A DNA stretch of 64,000 nt from Clostridia bacterium (lineage in GTDB: Bacteria > Bacillota > Clostridia > UBA1212). A program made the translations under genes and the position numbers. The stretch's first letter is position 1. Each line of letters starts with the position of its first letter. This document shows, in pieces, positions 25,391-35,107 of this stretch. The notes beneath the pieces were generated by a model. That model was not told the DNA's origin. It saw nothing but the letters and a program-made list of their open reading frames with translations, and searched no databases. The stretch spans positions 497 to 64,496 of the forward strand of contig JAFTXP010000022.1 in NCBI GenBank assembly GCA_017461545.1, in the 5' to 3' direction.

Positions 25391-26661
25391 TTACCTCCGT
25401 CAGTTATTATTTTCAGGATTTCGCTGTCTGTATAGTACCTTGCGCTCGTATATGTACGAAGTTTGTTTGAAGAGGTGATTACAGGCATTTTCTTGCAAAG
25501 CGGGTTGTTCATATACATAAGAGGGCATATGTACGATGTTATTACACCTGTGGCTTTGAGACGAGCCTCGTAATCGGTTTTTGCGAATGCTTTGAGAACT
25601 TCGGGCGCTGCTGTGAATACCGTAGGTATAATAACTTTTTTCTTGCCGTTTTTCTTGAGTTCGGCTTCGATTTTATCGGTCCAATCTTTGAGCTGCTGCA
25701 GTGAGAGGTGAGGACAGCCGACGAAGCAAAGCTTAGGTGTTGCATCGGGATTCTTCCATATAACCGGATAGTTTTTTTGAACTCTTTCGAGTTCTGCATC
25801 ATCGATTATGTATTCCTTCGCACCTTCTGCTATGAGCTTTTCTCCGAGTTCTACCGCTTCCGGTGTGAGGTTTTCGATATGATAAAGTCCTACAGCTCCG
25901 TTTGATGCTGTTGCGGCGCCGAAGTCCTTAAGGTAAGCGCAAGCTGAGTCATTGAGCTCAGCGCCTATCCACTTGTCGAGGCCTACTACATACGGAACAT
26001 CTTCCATGACTTTCATGCCTATAGCGGAGCCCAGAAGCTGTGCTTCGGGTTTTTTAGTTGTATTTATCTTTACAATCCAAGTTGCTTTTCTTCCTTCGTC
26101 GGTGAGAAGTCCGAAGTAGGGAACATAGCCTACAATAGAACCCATGATATCAATGATGCCTGAATTTCTGTTGCATCTTGCACCGAGTACAGAGTTTGCG
26201 TAAACAACTGCGCTTGATTCTGCCCATGAAAGGACATCACCTTTTTGCGGTTTGTTTCCTACTTCATCCATGTAGCATGTACAAGTGAATGCTTTGTCGT
26301 TCATGAGACCGAGCTCTTTTAACTGTTTTTCGTAGAAATCCTGCTTTGTGTACATGAATTTGTTAAAAACTAAATTCTGTAAAATATTTGCAGGAACATT
26401 CTTGTCAAGAGGCCTGGGATCGACCGAGAAATTTTGTCCGGACGCAACTCCTGCATCAAGGAGCTGCTGCATAAGATCATAAACCGGTGACATTACTTTA
26501 AGACCGAACGATGTTACAAGATGGTTGTATTTTGATGTAATCGGAACAAGCTTTTCCGCTTCGAATGCTTCTCCGTACATGACAATGGTTTTCATAACTT
26601 TTGCCATTGTTTCTCCTTTTGAACCATCAAGGATAGCTTGCTGTTCTTGTGTTAGAATCAT
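25387..26661 (-). CDS. aconitase X catalytic (large) subunit, DUF521
   Basis: MILTQEQQAILDGSKGETMAKVM N-terminus and 424 aa, typical of the AcnX large subunit. Confidence 0.8.
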   Translation of the reverse strand: MILTQEQQAILDGSKGETMAKVMKTIVMYGEAFEAEKLVPITSKYNHLVTSFGLKVMSPVYDLMQQLLDAGVASGQNFSVDPRPLDKNVPANILQNLVFNKFMYTKQDFYEKQLKELGLMNDKAFTCTCYMDEVGNKPQKGDVLSWAESSAVVYANSVLGARCNRNSGIIDIMGSIVGYVPYFGLLTDEGRKATWIVKINTTKKPEAQLLGSAIGMKVMEDVPYVVGLDKWIGAELNDSACAYLKDFGAATASNGAVGLYHIENLTPEAVELGEKLIAEGAKEYIIDDAELERVQKNYPVIWKNPDATPKLCFVGCPHLSLQQLKDWTDKIEAELKKNGKKKVIIPTVFTAAPEVLKAFAKTDYEARLKATGVITSYICPLMYMNNPLCKKMPVITSSNKLRTYTSARYYTDSEILKIITDGGK

Positions 26662-26683
26662 TTATCTCTCTCCTTTACATGAG

Positions 26684-28753
26684 TTATATTTTCATTGCGA
26701 CATCCCACGCACCCCATATAACGGTACGAAGGTTTCCTACCTGAGCCGCGTCGCCGATAACGTGAATATTTCTTCCTTTTGAAACGAGCGGATCAGGGTT
26801 GTAGCCGACAGACTTGATGACGGAATCTCCTGCAATTTTAAATATTTTGCCGTCCTTGCCTTTAACATTTACACCGCCGTCAACGATTTCACACAGTGAT
26901 GTTTCGAGGTGAACTGGAACTTTGTTGGTTTTGAAGAAATCACGCAGGAAACTTGTATTTGCAAGACATATTCCCTTTGCAGTAATGAGGTCATCCTGCA
27001 TTTCGACGATGGTAGGATTTTTTCCTTGCAGATAAAGTTCGTAAGCAATTTCGCAGCCTGTGAGGCCTCCGCCGATAATTGTGACGTTGTCTCCGACCTC
27101 TTTTGTTCCGAGAAGGAAGTCGATTGCTTCTATTGCCATATCAGCACCTTTTACCGGTATTTTCTTAGCTTTAGCACCTGTTGCTACGATGACTTCGTCA
27201 GCGCCGAGAGAATTAACGTCGGTTATCTTGGTATTCATTTTAACTTTGATAGGGTACTTTGAGAGCTCGCGTATGTACCATGCAATAAGTGCTCTGTCTT
27301 TTTCTTTGAAGGAAGGTGCGGCTGCTGCAATGAATACGCCGCCGAGCTTGTCGGATTTTTCGTAAAGAGTTACTTTATGACCTCTCTTTGCACATACTAT
27401 AGCTGCTTCCATGCCGCCTATACCTCCACCGATAACAGCGACATTTTTAATCTTCTTAGCCGGTTGAATGTTGTATTTTTTAGACTGCATTGTTTCCGGA
27501 TTAAGGGCGCATCGTGAAAGCCCCATCGTATCGGAGAGATCCTGTGTATTTGCATGCCCCTTAGATGAAGAGAAGTTGAAACAGCCGCTGTGACAGCAGA
27601 TACAAGGTTTTATGTCCTCGATTCTGTCTTCTATCAATTTTGTTATCCACTCGGGATCAACGAGGAACTGACGCGCAATACCGACCGCGTCGATTTTTCC
27701 TTCGCTTATGGCTTCCGAACCTGTTTCGGGATCCATCCTTCCTGCACATACAACAGGAATATCAACAAATTTCTTTATGTGAGCAACATCGTCAAGGTTA
27801 CAATTTTCCGGCATGTACATCGGCGGATGTGACCAGTACCATGAATCATATGTACCGTTATCCGCATTAAGCATATCATAGCCTGCATCCTGAAGATATT
27901 TTGCCGCCTTTTCCGATTCTTCCATGTTTCGACCGACTTCAGTATATTTTTCTCCGGGCATAGCCCCCTCGCAGAAGCCTTTCATTTTTGATTCGACGGA
28001 GTAGCGAAGTGAAACAGGATAACCGTCACCGCAAGCCTCTTTTATAGCTTTTACAACTTCTACTGCAAAACGGTAACGATTTTCGAAACTTCCGCCGTAA
28101 TTGTCTGTACGTTTATTGAAAAATTCAATTGCAAATTGATCAAGCAGATAACCCTCGTGTACTGCATGAACTTCGACACCGTCAACTCCGGCGTCGCGGC
28201 AAAGCTTTGCCGTCTTTGCAAATGCCTCGATGATTTCGTGAATTTGTTCTACCGTCATTTCAGGGCAGATGATATCATGCGCCCAACGTGATGGCTGAGG
28301 ACTTGGGCTTGCAAGTTCGTGCGATGTATCAATAATAGGTTTTACTATAGCACGGGTGAATTTGTTTCGGTGAAGAGGTGCAACCAGTTCAGTTATAGCC
28401 CATGAACGCCCCATACCGGCCGTAAGCTGAATGAAAAGTTTTGCTCCTGTTTTGTGAATTTCGTCCATGAATTCTTTGAGATCCTCGAACATTTTGGGAT
28501 TTTGCCAAAGCCATTTACCCCAGAAAGTGTCTCGCAGAGGAGCAATGCCGGGAATTATAAGTCCGACATTGTTATTTGCTCTTTTAAGAAAAAGCTTTGC
28601 AGCTTCCTTGTCAAAGTGACAACCGCCGAGCTCAAACCAACCGAACAGTGATGTACCGCCCATAGGGCACATTACGATACGGTTTTTGATCTCGACATTG
28701 CCGATTTTCCACGGAGTAAACAGGGCTTCGTACTTTTTGTCGATTTTGTCCAT
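26684..28753 (-). CDS. OYE-like flavin oxidoreductase fused to FAD/NAD(P)-binding domain (enoate / 2,4-dienoyl-CoA reductase family)
   Basis: NRIVMCPMGG (OYE N-terminus), Fe-S motif CICCHSGC, GGGIGGMEAA and GGGLTGCE dinucleotide folds. Start taken at MDKIDKKYE. Confidence 0.85.
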   Translation of the reverse strand: MDKIDKKYEALFTPWKIGNVEIKNRIVMCPMGGTSLFGWFELGGCHFDKEAAKLFLKRANNNVGLIIPGIAPLRDTFWGKWLWQNPKMFEDLKEFMDEIHKTGAKLFIQLTAGMGRSWAITELVAPLHRNKFTRAIVKPIIDTSHELASPSPQPSRWAHDIICPEMTVEQIHEIIEAFAKTAKLCRDAGVDGVEVHAVHEGYLLDQFAIEFFNKRTDNYGGSFENRYRFAVEVVKAIKEACGDGYPVSLRYSVESKMKGFCEGAMPGEKYTEVGRNMEESEKAAKYLQDAGYDMLNADNGTYDSWYWSHPPMYMPENCNLDDVAHIKKFVDIPVVCAGRMDPETGSEAISEGKIDAVGIARQFLVDPEWITKLIEDRIEDIKPCICCHSGCFNFSSSKGHANTQDLSDTMGLSRCALNPETMQSKKYNIQPAKKIKNVAVIGGGIGGMEAAIVCAKRGHKVTLYEKSDKLGGVFIAAAAPSFKEKDRALIAWYIRELSKYPIKVKMNTKITDVNSLGADEVIVATGAKAKKIPVKGADMAIEAIDFLLGTKEVGDNVTIIGGGLTGCEIAYELYLQGKNPTIVEMQDDLITAKGICLANTSFLRDFFKTNKVPVHLETSLCEIVDGGVNVKGKDGKIFKIAGDSVIKSVGYNPDPLVSKGRNIHVIGDAAQVGNLRTVIWGAWDVAMKI

Positions 28754-28882
28754 TGATATCGTTCCTTTCATTGAAATATATATATATTCGTAAATTGTTT
28801 TTGTTGAGTAGTCAACTAATGTATATCATAAAAATAGAAAAATGTAAATCGATACGGAATTTACGTCTAAAATTCGGAATTT

Positions 28883-28923
28883 AACTAATTATATTTAACG
28901 AGTATCGGCAAATATAATTAGTT
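28883..28923. other. perfect 14-bp inverted repeat with 13-nt spacer
   Basis: aactaattatattt (28883-96) / aaatataattagtt (28910-23). Nearby direct repeat cggaattta occurs twice. Confidence 0.3.
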
Positions 28924-28989
28924 ATTTGTATGTGAGCTGTTATCAATTCCGCTGCCCATTATTGCATCAAGTTATTCTGATGTCTGCCT

Positions 28990-29664
28990 CTAGTCATATG
29001 TAGTGTAGCGCATATGGGGAATATCTCCTTCGCGAATGGCTTTGCTCGTGTGCTTGCTTTCAGATGCGGCACCTGAATGACCATGCTTCAGAGAGAGAAC
29101 AAAAAGGCTCGGCACCCCAAAAATATCTCTGACTTCTTTGCCGACTGCAAAAGTCCCATAATAAGACCTATCAAGATGTGTTTTTAGCAAGTGTGGAAAC
29201 TGTTGCGTTTACTATCGCTGTACCCATCTGAACAGAGGGTCTTTCGTTTCCCAAAGGTACACCGATAAGGAGAGTACCGAGTGATAAAAAGAAAACTCCT
29301 ATGAGATTTCTTTCCCATTAAGTAATAATTCCTCTGAGAACTGCAATTGATGTAGGCATACCGCAGCCTTTGAGGTTGGGTGCTTTTTGTGAATAAAGGC
29401 TATAAGAAAAGCCGCACCGAAGAATGCAACCGCTGCTAAAGGAACGTAGTATAGATGTTCTCTGAGAAAAGTGTAAGCTTCTTCTGATATGTGAATTATA
29501 TGATTTGCGCAGAATTTATAGAGCATAACGACAGCACCGGTTAAAACGCCTGTGGTTGAGCCGAAAATGATTGCAGGAAAAATCAAATTTATAAGGTGAT
29601 TTTTTAAGTCTTTTTCATGTTTCATATGACCCGGTGTTTTTTGTATGAGTATACCGCCGTACAT
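28990..29664 (-). pseudogene. ClC-family chloride channel/antiporter remnant (frameshifted and truncated)
   Basis: The ClC-like N-terminus is in the 29299..29664 ORF. The hallmark GVPLGNERPSVQMGTAI (compare GREGPSVQ) lies in another frame at about 29200-29290. The total is far shorter than a ClC gene. Confidence 0.6.
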
Positions 29665-29757
29665 TTATTACTGTCAATGTTTTTGAACGAGGTGTAACTG
29701 AGATTGATTAAAGGTGTGCAATCTGTTATCTTAATAGCAAAAAGGAGTGGTGAATTT

Positions 29758-30699
29758 ATGACGGAAAAGCAATATTTAAAAAATCTGACCGTACCGGCTG
29801 AAAGAGTCGATGTGGTGCTTGATACCGATGCTTATAACGAAATAGACGATCAGTTTGCGATTGGTTATATGCTTGGAAATAAGGATAGATTAAATGTTAA
29901 AGGTATTTGCGCCGCACCGTTTATGAACAGCAGGTCTGTTTCGGCAAAAGACGGCATGGAAAAGAGTTACCATGAGATTTTAAAACTTCTGAAGATTACG
30001 GGAAATGATGAACTTTTGAGAGTAGTTTTTAAAGGTTCTGACGGTTACATGCCGGACGAAAAAACGGCTGTTGAGTCGGATGCTGCAGATTTTATGGCAA
30101 ATCTGGCAAATGAATATTCTACCGAAAAACCTCTTTATATCATAGCGATAGGTGCAATAACTAATGTTGCGTCTGCGATATTAAAAAATCCGGCGATGAA
30201 AGAAAAATGTGTGGTGGTATGGCTCGGCGGACACGGAACGCATATGCCGCGTCCTGCATCGGAATTTAATATGCAGCAGGATATTGCTGCGGCGAGAGTA
30301 GTTTTCGGTTGCGGTGTACCGCTTGTTCAACTGCCTTGTTTCGGGGTTGTTGACCATTTTGTGACATCAAAATACGAACTGGAGTATTGGCTTAAAGGGA
30401 AAAATACTTTATGTGATTATCTGTGTGAAAACACCGTAAAAGAGGCTGATTCTTATGCTTTCGGAAAGCCTTGGACAAGAGTAATCTGGGATGTAACCGC
30501 GGTTGCATGGCTTTTGAATAGTGACTCTCGCTTTATGGCTGAGACACTCATCCCGAGCCCGATTCCTGAGTATGACCATACATATTCCTACGATGAAAAA
30601 CGACATAAAATAAGATATGTGTATCAAATATACAGAGATGCTCTGTTTGAAGATTTGTTCGGAGTTCTTGGCAGCCATGGATGTGATAAAAAAATATGA
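29758..30699 (+). CDS. nucleoside hydrolase (IUNH family)
   Basis: VVLDTDAYNEIDDQFAI aspartate cluster. AAAGGAG lies before ATG 29758. Confidence 0.85.
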   Translation: MTEKQYLKNLTVPAERVDVVLDTDAYNEIDDQFAIGYMLGNKDRLNVKGICAAPFMNSRSVSAKDGMEKSYHEILKLLKITGNDELLRVVFKGSDGYMPDEKTAVESDAADFMANLANEYSTEKPLYIIAIGAITNVASAILKNPAMKEKCVVVWLGGHGTHMPRPASEFNMQQDIAAARVVFGCGVPLVQLPCFGVVDHFVTSKYELEYWLKGKNTLCDYLCENTVKEADSYAFGKPWTRVIWDVTAVAWLLNSDSRFMAETLIPSPIPEYDHTYSYDEKRHKIRYVYQIYRDALFEDLFGVLGSHGCDKKI

Positions 30700-30778
30700 T
30701 GTATTTTATTTTTTGTTGCAGAATATATTTGCATTATGATATCATTTCAATGCAATAATTTTATGGGGGAATTGCAAT

Positions 30779-31390
30779 TTGCTTTCAGCAGCGTGGAGCT
30801 ACATTGATAACACGGTGCCCTTCATACTGATAGCGGCGCCCTTTATACTTTGCTGGAGAATAGTCTCTGCTTTTATGACGTCGAAAAGCAGGGGTTGCAC
30901 CTTTTTTAAATCGATAAATGTCCTTCGTGAGATATTGATTATATTGTTTTCTGTTTTTGTTATCGGGCTGGTGTCACAGACCGTAATTCCGCATATGGAG
31001 TGGTCAGACGGCGGATTTACGGTAAGCATTCCCGAAAATTATGTCGCAAAGTATAATTTTATTCCGTTTGCGGCTATATCAGATGCGTTACACAAAATTT
31101 TTGTAGATATTAATTTATATTATGTTATTTATCTGGTGGGAAACATTATTGTTTTTGTTCCCGTCGGATTTTTTATTGCCTTGTTGCCGCAAAAAGAGAT
31201 TAAAGCTTGGCATGCGGCAGGGATATCATTTCTTGTCTCCGTATTTATCGAAATGGTACAGATGTTTCTTCCGCGGATGGTGGATGTTGACGATATTATA
31301 TTAAATACCTTAGGCGGTTTTAGCGGATATTTGTTATATCTTTTGCTGAAGAAAGCGGCGCCTGCGTTTGTTAAAAGGGTGAAAATGTAG
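30779..31390 (+). CDS. VanZ family membrane protein
   Basis: NIIVFVPVGFF...SVFIEMVQMFLPRMVDVDDIILNTLGG. Confidence 0.75.
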   Translation: MLSAAWSYIDNTVPFILIAAPFILCWRIVSAFMTSKSRGCTFFKSINVLREILIILFSVFVIGLVSQTVIPHMEWSDGGFTVSIPENYVAKYNFIPFAAISDALHKIFVDINLYYVIYLVGNIIVFVPVGFFIALLPQKEIKAWHAAGISFLVSVFIEMVQMFLPRMVDVDDIILNTLGGFSGYLLYLLLKKAAPAFVKRVKM

Positions 31391-31438
31391 AAGTTTTGCA
31401 TTTGACATATTATTTTAGATTCGGAAAGGATTAAACTA

Positions 31439-33181
31439 ATGGATTTTTTTTCAATTTTACAATTGCTCGGAGGTCTTGCATTCTTTTTCTACGGAATGAA
31501 TTCTATGTCGAGCGGTCTTGAAAGCATGGCCGGCGGAGCACTTGAGAGAGCGCTCAAAAAAATGACTTCGAACAGAGTAAAGGGTTTTGCTCTCGGTGCT
31601 GGTACTACCGCGATTATACAGTCATCTTCGGCTGTTACCGTAATGCTTGTAGGTTTTGTAAGCTCCGGAATCATGACACTTCGACAGACCATCGGCGTTA
31701 TAATGGGTTCAAATGTCGGAACCACCGTTACGGCGTGGATTTTGTCACTCGTCGGGATTGAGTCGGACAACCCGTGGATGAAACTTTTAAAACCCGAAAA
31801 CTTCTCACTGATTTTTGCTTTTGTCGGAATTCTTCTGATAATGATATCAAAGAGCCAAAAGAAAAAAGACATAGGAACTATCTTAATAGGTTTTGCTGTT
31901 CTGATGTTCGGTATGGAGATGATGAGCGGTGCTGTAGAACCTTTAAAGGATATTCCTGAGTTTAAATCGGTACTCACTGCGTTCAATAACCCTATATTCG
32001 GTGTTTTCATCGGTGCGTTAGTAACCGCTATAATTCAGAGTTCTTCGGCGTCGGTAGGTATATTACAGGCGCTTGCGCTTACCGGAGGTATCACATACGG
32101 AATGGCTATCCCGATTATCATGGGACAGAATATCGGTACTTGTATCACCGCAATCATATCAAGCGTTGGTGCTTCGAGAGAGGCGAAGAAAGTCGGTGTC
32201 GTTCACGTTTCATTTAACTTGATAGGTACTGCTATTTTTCTGAGCGCATACTGTATCGTAGATGCTGTGGTGGGCTTGGCGATTACGACAATGCCTATTG
32301 ATGCAGTCGGTATTGCTATAGTGCATACGTTGTTTAATGTATCAACATCTCTGCTGCTTCTCCCGTGTGCAGGGTTGCTCGAAAAGATTGCAAACTTTGT
32401 ATACAAGGATACTGACAAGAAAGAAAAGAAGGAGCTTCTCAGCGAAAGACTTCTTGCGACACCTTCGGTGGCTCTTGCAGAGTGTGAATCCGTATCGTCA
32501 GTTATGGCGCTCACCGCTCAGAAAACTATACAAAAAGCAATTTCTGCGATGGACAATTATTCGGAGGCGGTGCATCAGGAAATTCTTCAGATTGAAAATA
32601 CGATTGACAAATATGAAGATGAAATCGGTACATTCCTTGTAAAGCTTTCAACAAATAAAATTTCCGAGCATGATTCGCAGGTTTCATCTTTGATATTGCA
32701 TTCAATCGGAGATTTCGAGCGTCTAGGCGATCATGCTGTAAATCTTATTGCGGTGTCAAAAGAGCTTCACGACAAAAAGTATGCTTTTTCGGAGCAGGCT
32801 GTACAGGAGATACATATTCTTAAAAATGCTGTTACCGAGATACTGAATCTTGCTACGGAGGCGTATGTGAACCGCGACATTGAAATGGCGGAGCGCGTAG
32901 AGCCTTTGGAACAGGTTATTGACGAACTTGTTGCAGGCATAAAGAACAAGCACATAGAGCGTCTTCAGACCGGAAATTGCAGTATCGAAATGGGATTCAT
33001 CCTGTCAGATTTGCTTACAAATTACGAGAGAATTTCCGACCACTGCTCAAATATTGCAATTTCGGTCATAGAGATAAACAACAATTCTCACGACGCCCAT
33101 AAGTATTTAAAGCACGTTAAATTCTCAAGTGATGAATATAAGGATTCGTACGAACAGTACAAGCTTAAATACGATATATAA
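31439..33181 (+). CDS. Na/Pi cotransporter family protein with PhoU-like C-terminal domain
   Basis: Duplicated QSSSA motifs in the TM region and a helical C-terminal half. Confidence 0.85.
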   Translation: MDFFSILQLLGGLAFFFYGMNSMSSGLESMAGGALERALKKMTSNRVKGFALGAGTTAIIQSSSAVTVMLVGFVSSGIMTLRQTIGVIMGSNVGTTVTAWILSLVGIESDNPWMKLLKPENFSLIFAFVGILLIMISKSQKKKDIGTILIGFAVLMFGMEMMSGAVEPLKDIPEFKSVLTAFNNPIFGVFIGALVTAIIQSSSASVGILQALALTGGITYGMAIPIIMGQNIGTCITAIISSVGASREAKKVGVVHVSFNLIGTAIFLSAYCIVDAVVGLAITTMPIDAVGIAIVHTLFNVSTSLLLLPCAGLLEKIANFVYKDTDKKEKKELLSERLLATPSVALAECESVSSVMALTAQKTIQKAISAMDNYSEAVHQEILQIENTIDKYEDEIGTFLVKLSTNKISEHDSQVSSLILHSIGDFERLGDHAVNLIAVSKELHDKKYAFSEQAVQEIHILKNAVTEILNLATEAYVNRDIEMAERVEPLEQVIDELVAGIKNKHIERLQTGNCSIEMGFILSDLLTNYERISDHCSNIAISVIEINNNSHDAHKYLKHVKFSSDEYKDSYEQYKLKYDI

Positions 33182-33215
33182 TATATGTGTAAACAGAGCC
33201 ATATGGCATTCGAAA

Positions 33216-33242
33216 CGGTGCATAACGTAACGTTGTGCACCG
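33216..33242 (+). terminator. rho-independent terminator
   Basis: cggtgcataacg taa cgttgtgcaccg, followed by ccttttta. Confidence 0.65.
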
Positions 33243-33416
33243 CCTTTTTATATTCGCTTCGCGTCAAAAGAAAGAATGAATCGTTTACAAAAAGTTAATA
33301 TCGGTCATGCAAAGTTTACTGCGTCGGTATTGAAAATTTCCGGGAAATTTTATATGATAAACATATAGTTTTATTCGGTTTTATATTTAAATTTTTTGTG
33401 GGAATGGGGGATTGTT

Positions 33417-35036
33417 ATGAATTTAACTTTTTTAGGTGCCGCACACGAAGTTACAGGCTCCTGTACATTGCTTGATGCTTGCGGAAAGCAGATTCTGATT
33501 GATTGCGGTATGGAGCAGGGCGCCGATATTTACGAAAACTGCGACCTTCCTATTTCACCGGCGGACATAGATGCTATTTGCCTGACACACGCACACATCG
33601 ACCATTCGGGTCTTGTTCCGGCTATGGTGGCGCAGGGATACAAAGGTCCCGTATATTGCACGCAGGCGACAGGCAGACTGTGCAATATTATGCTTCGCGA
33701 TTCTGCATATATTCAGGAGTCGGAGGCAGAGTGGAGAAACAGAAAGGCTAAAAGAAACGGTACCCCTCCGTATGTTCCGGTATACACCGTAAATGATGCA
33801 GAACAGGCTTTGCGGCAGTTTGAAACTTTTGGGTACAACGAAACCGTCGAGCTTTTTGAAGGTATAAAAATATCTTTTTCCGATGCGGGCCATCTCTTAG
33901 GTTCTTCTTCTATTCATTTTACTGTTACGGAAAACGGAGAGACGAGAACGCTGCTTTTCTCGGGTGATTTGGGAAATGTAAGAAGGCCTCTCATAAGAGA
34001 CCCCCAGAGTCCTCCCGATGCAGACTATGTAATCATAGAGTCTACATATGGAGACAGACTTCACGGCGAAAGACCTGACTACGTAGTTCAGCTTTCCGCT
34101 ATTATGCAGGATACTTTTGACAGAGGCGGAAACCTTGTTATTCCTTCTTTTGCTATCGGCAGAACACAGGAGCTCTTGTACCTCATAAGAAATATAAAAG
34201 AACAGAAACTTATAAAAGGTCATGACGGATTTCTTGTGTATGTGGACTCACCGCTTGCGGTAGAGGCTACAAAGATTTACAGTGACGGACTTACGGACTA
34301 CTATGACAAAGAGACTCTTGAGTTGCTTGACAAGGGTATAGACCCGATAAATTTTGACAATCTCAAACTCAGTATCACTTCGTCGGAGTCCAAGGCGATA
34401 AATTTCAATACTACGCCGAAAGTCATAATTTCGGCTTCCGGAATGTGTGAGGCGGGCCGTATAAGGCACCACCTCAAACATAATCTCTGGATGTCGTCCA
34501 GTACGATTTTGTTTGTAGGATACCAGTCTGAGGGCACGGTCGGACGAAAACTTGTTGACGGAGCAAAGTCTGTACACTTGTTCGGAGAGGAAATTCAGGT
34601 AAACGCAAAGATTGCTTCGCTTGCCGGGATAAGCGGTCATGCAGACCGTGACATGCTGCTTGATTGGCTCGGTTCGATGAAACAGAAGCCGAAAAAAGTT
34701 TTTGTAAATCACGGAGACGATACGGTATGTGATGATTTTGCACAGACGATAAGCGACAGACTTTATATAAATGCGACAGCTCCGTACAGCGGTGACGAAT
34801 ACGATCTGCTTACAGGTGTATGCGTTGAGAAAGGCAAAGTTGTAAAAGTCAGCAAAGTTTCAAACGGCCGTCGCAGAGCTAACACTCTGTATAACTGCCT
34901 GATAGAAGCGTACAAGAGACTGCGTGTTGTCATTGACTCAAACCGCGATATACCGAACCGTGATGTTGAAAAGCTGACTGCGAAGATAAATTCACTCTGC
35001 GAGGAATATGCAAGGGAGATAAATGATAAGAAATAA
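33417..35036 (+). CDS. MBL-fold beta-CASP ribonuclease family protein
   Basis: HAHIDHSG motif. Start taken at MNLTFLGAAHEVTGSC. GHADRDML is the C-terminal motif. Confidence 0.8.
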   Translation: MNLTFLGAAHEVTGSCTLLDACGKQILIDCGMEQGADIYENCDLPISPADIDAICLTHAHIDHSGLVPAMVAQGYKGPVYCTQATGRLCNIMLRDSAYIQESEAEWRNRKAKRNGTPPYVPVYTVNDAEQALRQFETFGYNETVELFEGIKISFSDAGHLLGSSSIHFTVTENGETRTLLFSGDLGNVRRPLIRDPQSPPDADYVIIESTYGDRLHGERPDYVVQLSAIMQDTFDRGGNLVIPSFAIGRTQELLYLIRNIKEQKLIKGHDGFLVYVDSPLAVEATKIYSDGLTDYYDKETLELLDKGIDPINFDNLKLSITSSESKAINFNTTPKVIISASGMCEAGRIRHHLKHNLWMSSSTILFVGYQSEGTVGRKLVDGAKSVHLFGEEIQVNAKIASLAGISGHADRDMLLDWLGSMKQKPKKVFVNHGDDTVCDDFAQTISDRLYINATAPYSGDEYDLLTGVCVEKGKVVKVSKVSNGRRRANTLYNCLIEAYKRLRVVIDSNRDIPNRDVEKLTAKINSLCEEYAREINDKK

Positions 35037-35062
35037 AGAGCAAAATCAATGGTTTTTGTAAG

Positions 35063-35100
35063 ACGAGCCTCCATCCGGAATTAACGGGATGGAGGCTCGT
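35063..35100. terminator. bidirectional terminator
   Basis: acgagcctccatcc / ggatggaggctcgt form a 14-bp stem. Confidence 0.6.
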
Positions 35101-35107
35101 GCATTGT

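Noticed and set aside
28990-29190. 66-aa ORF as an independent gene
   Set aside because: It is interpreted as a residual frame of the decayed ClC gene.
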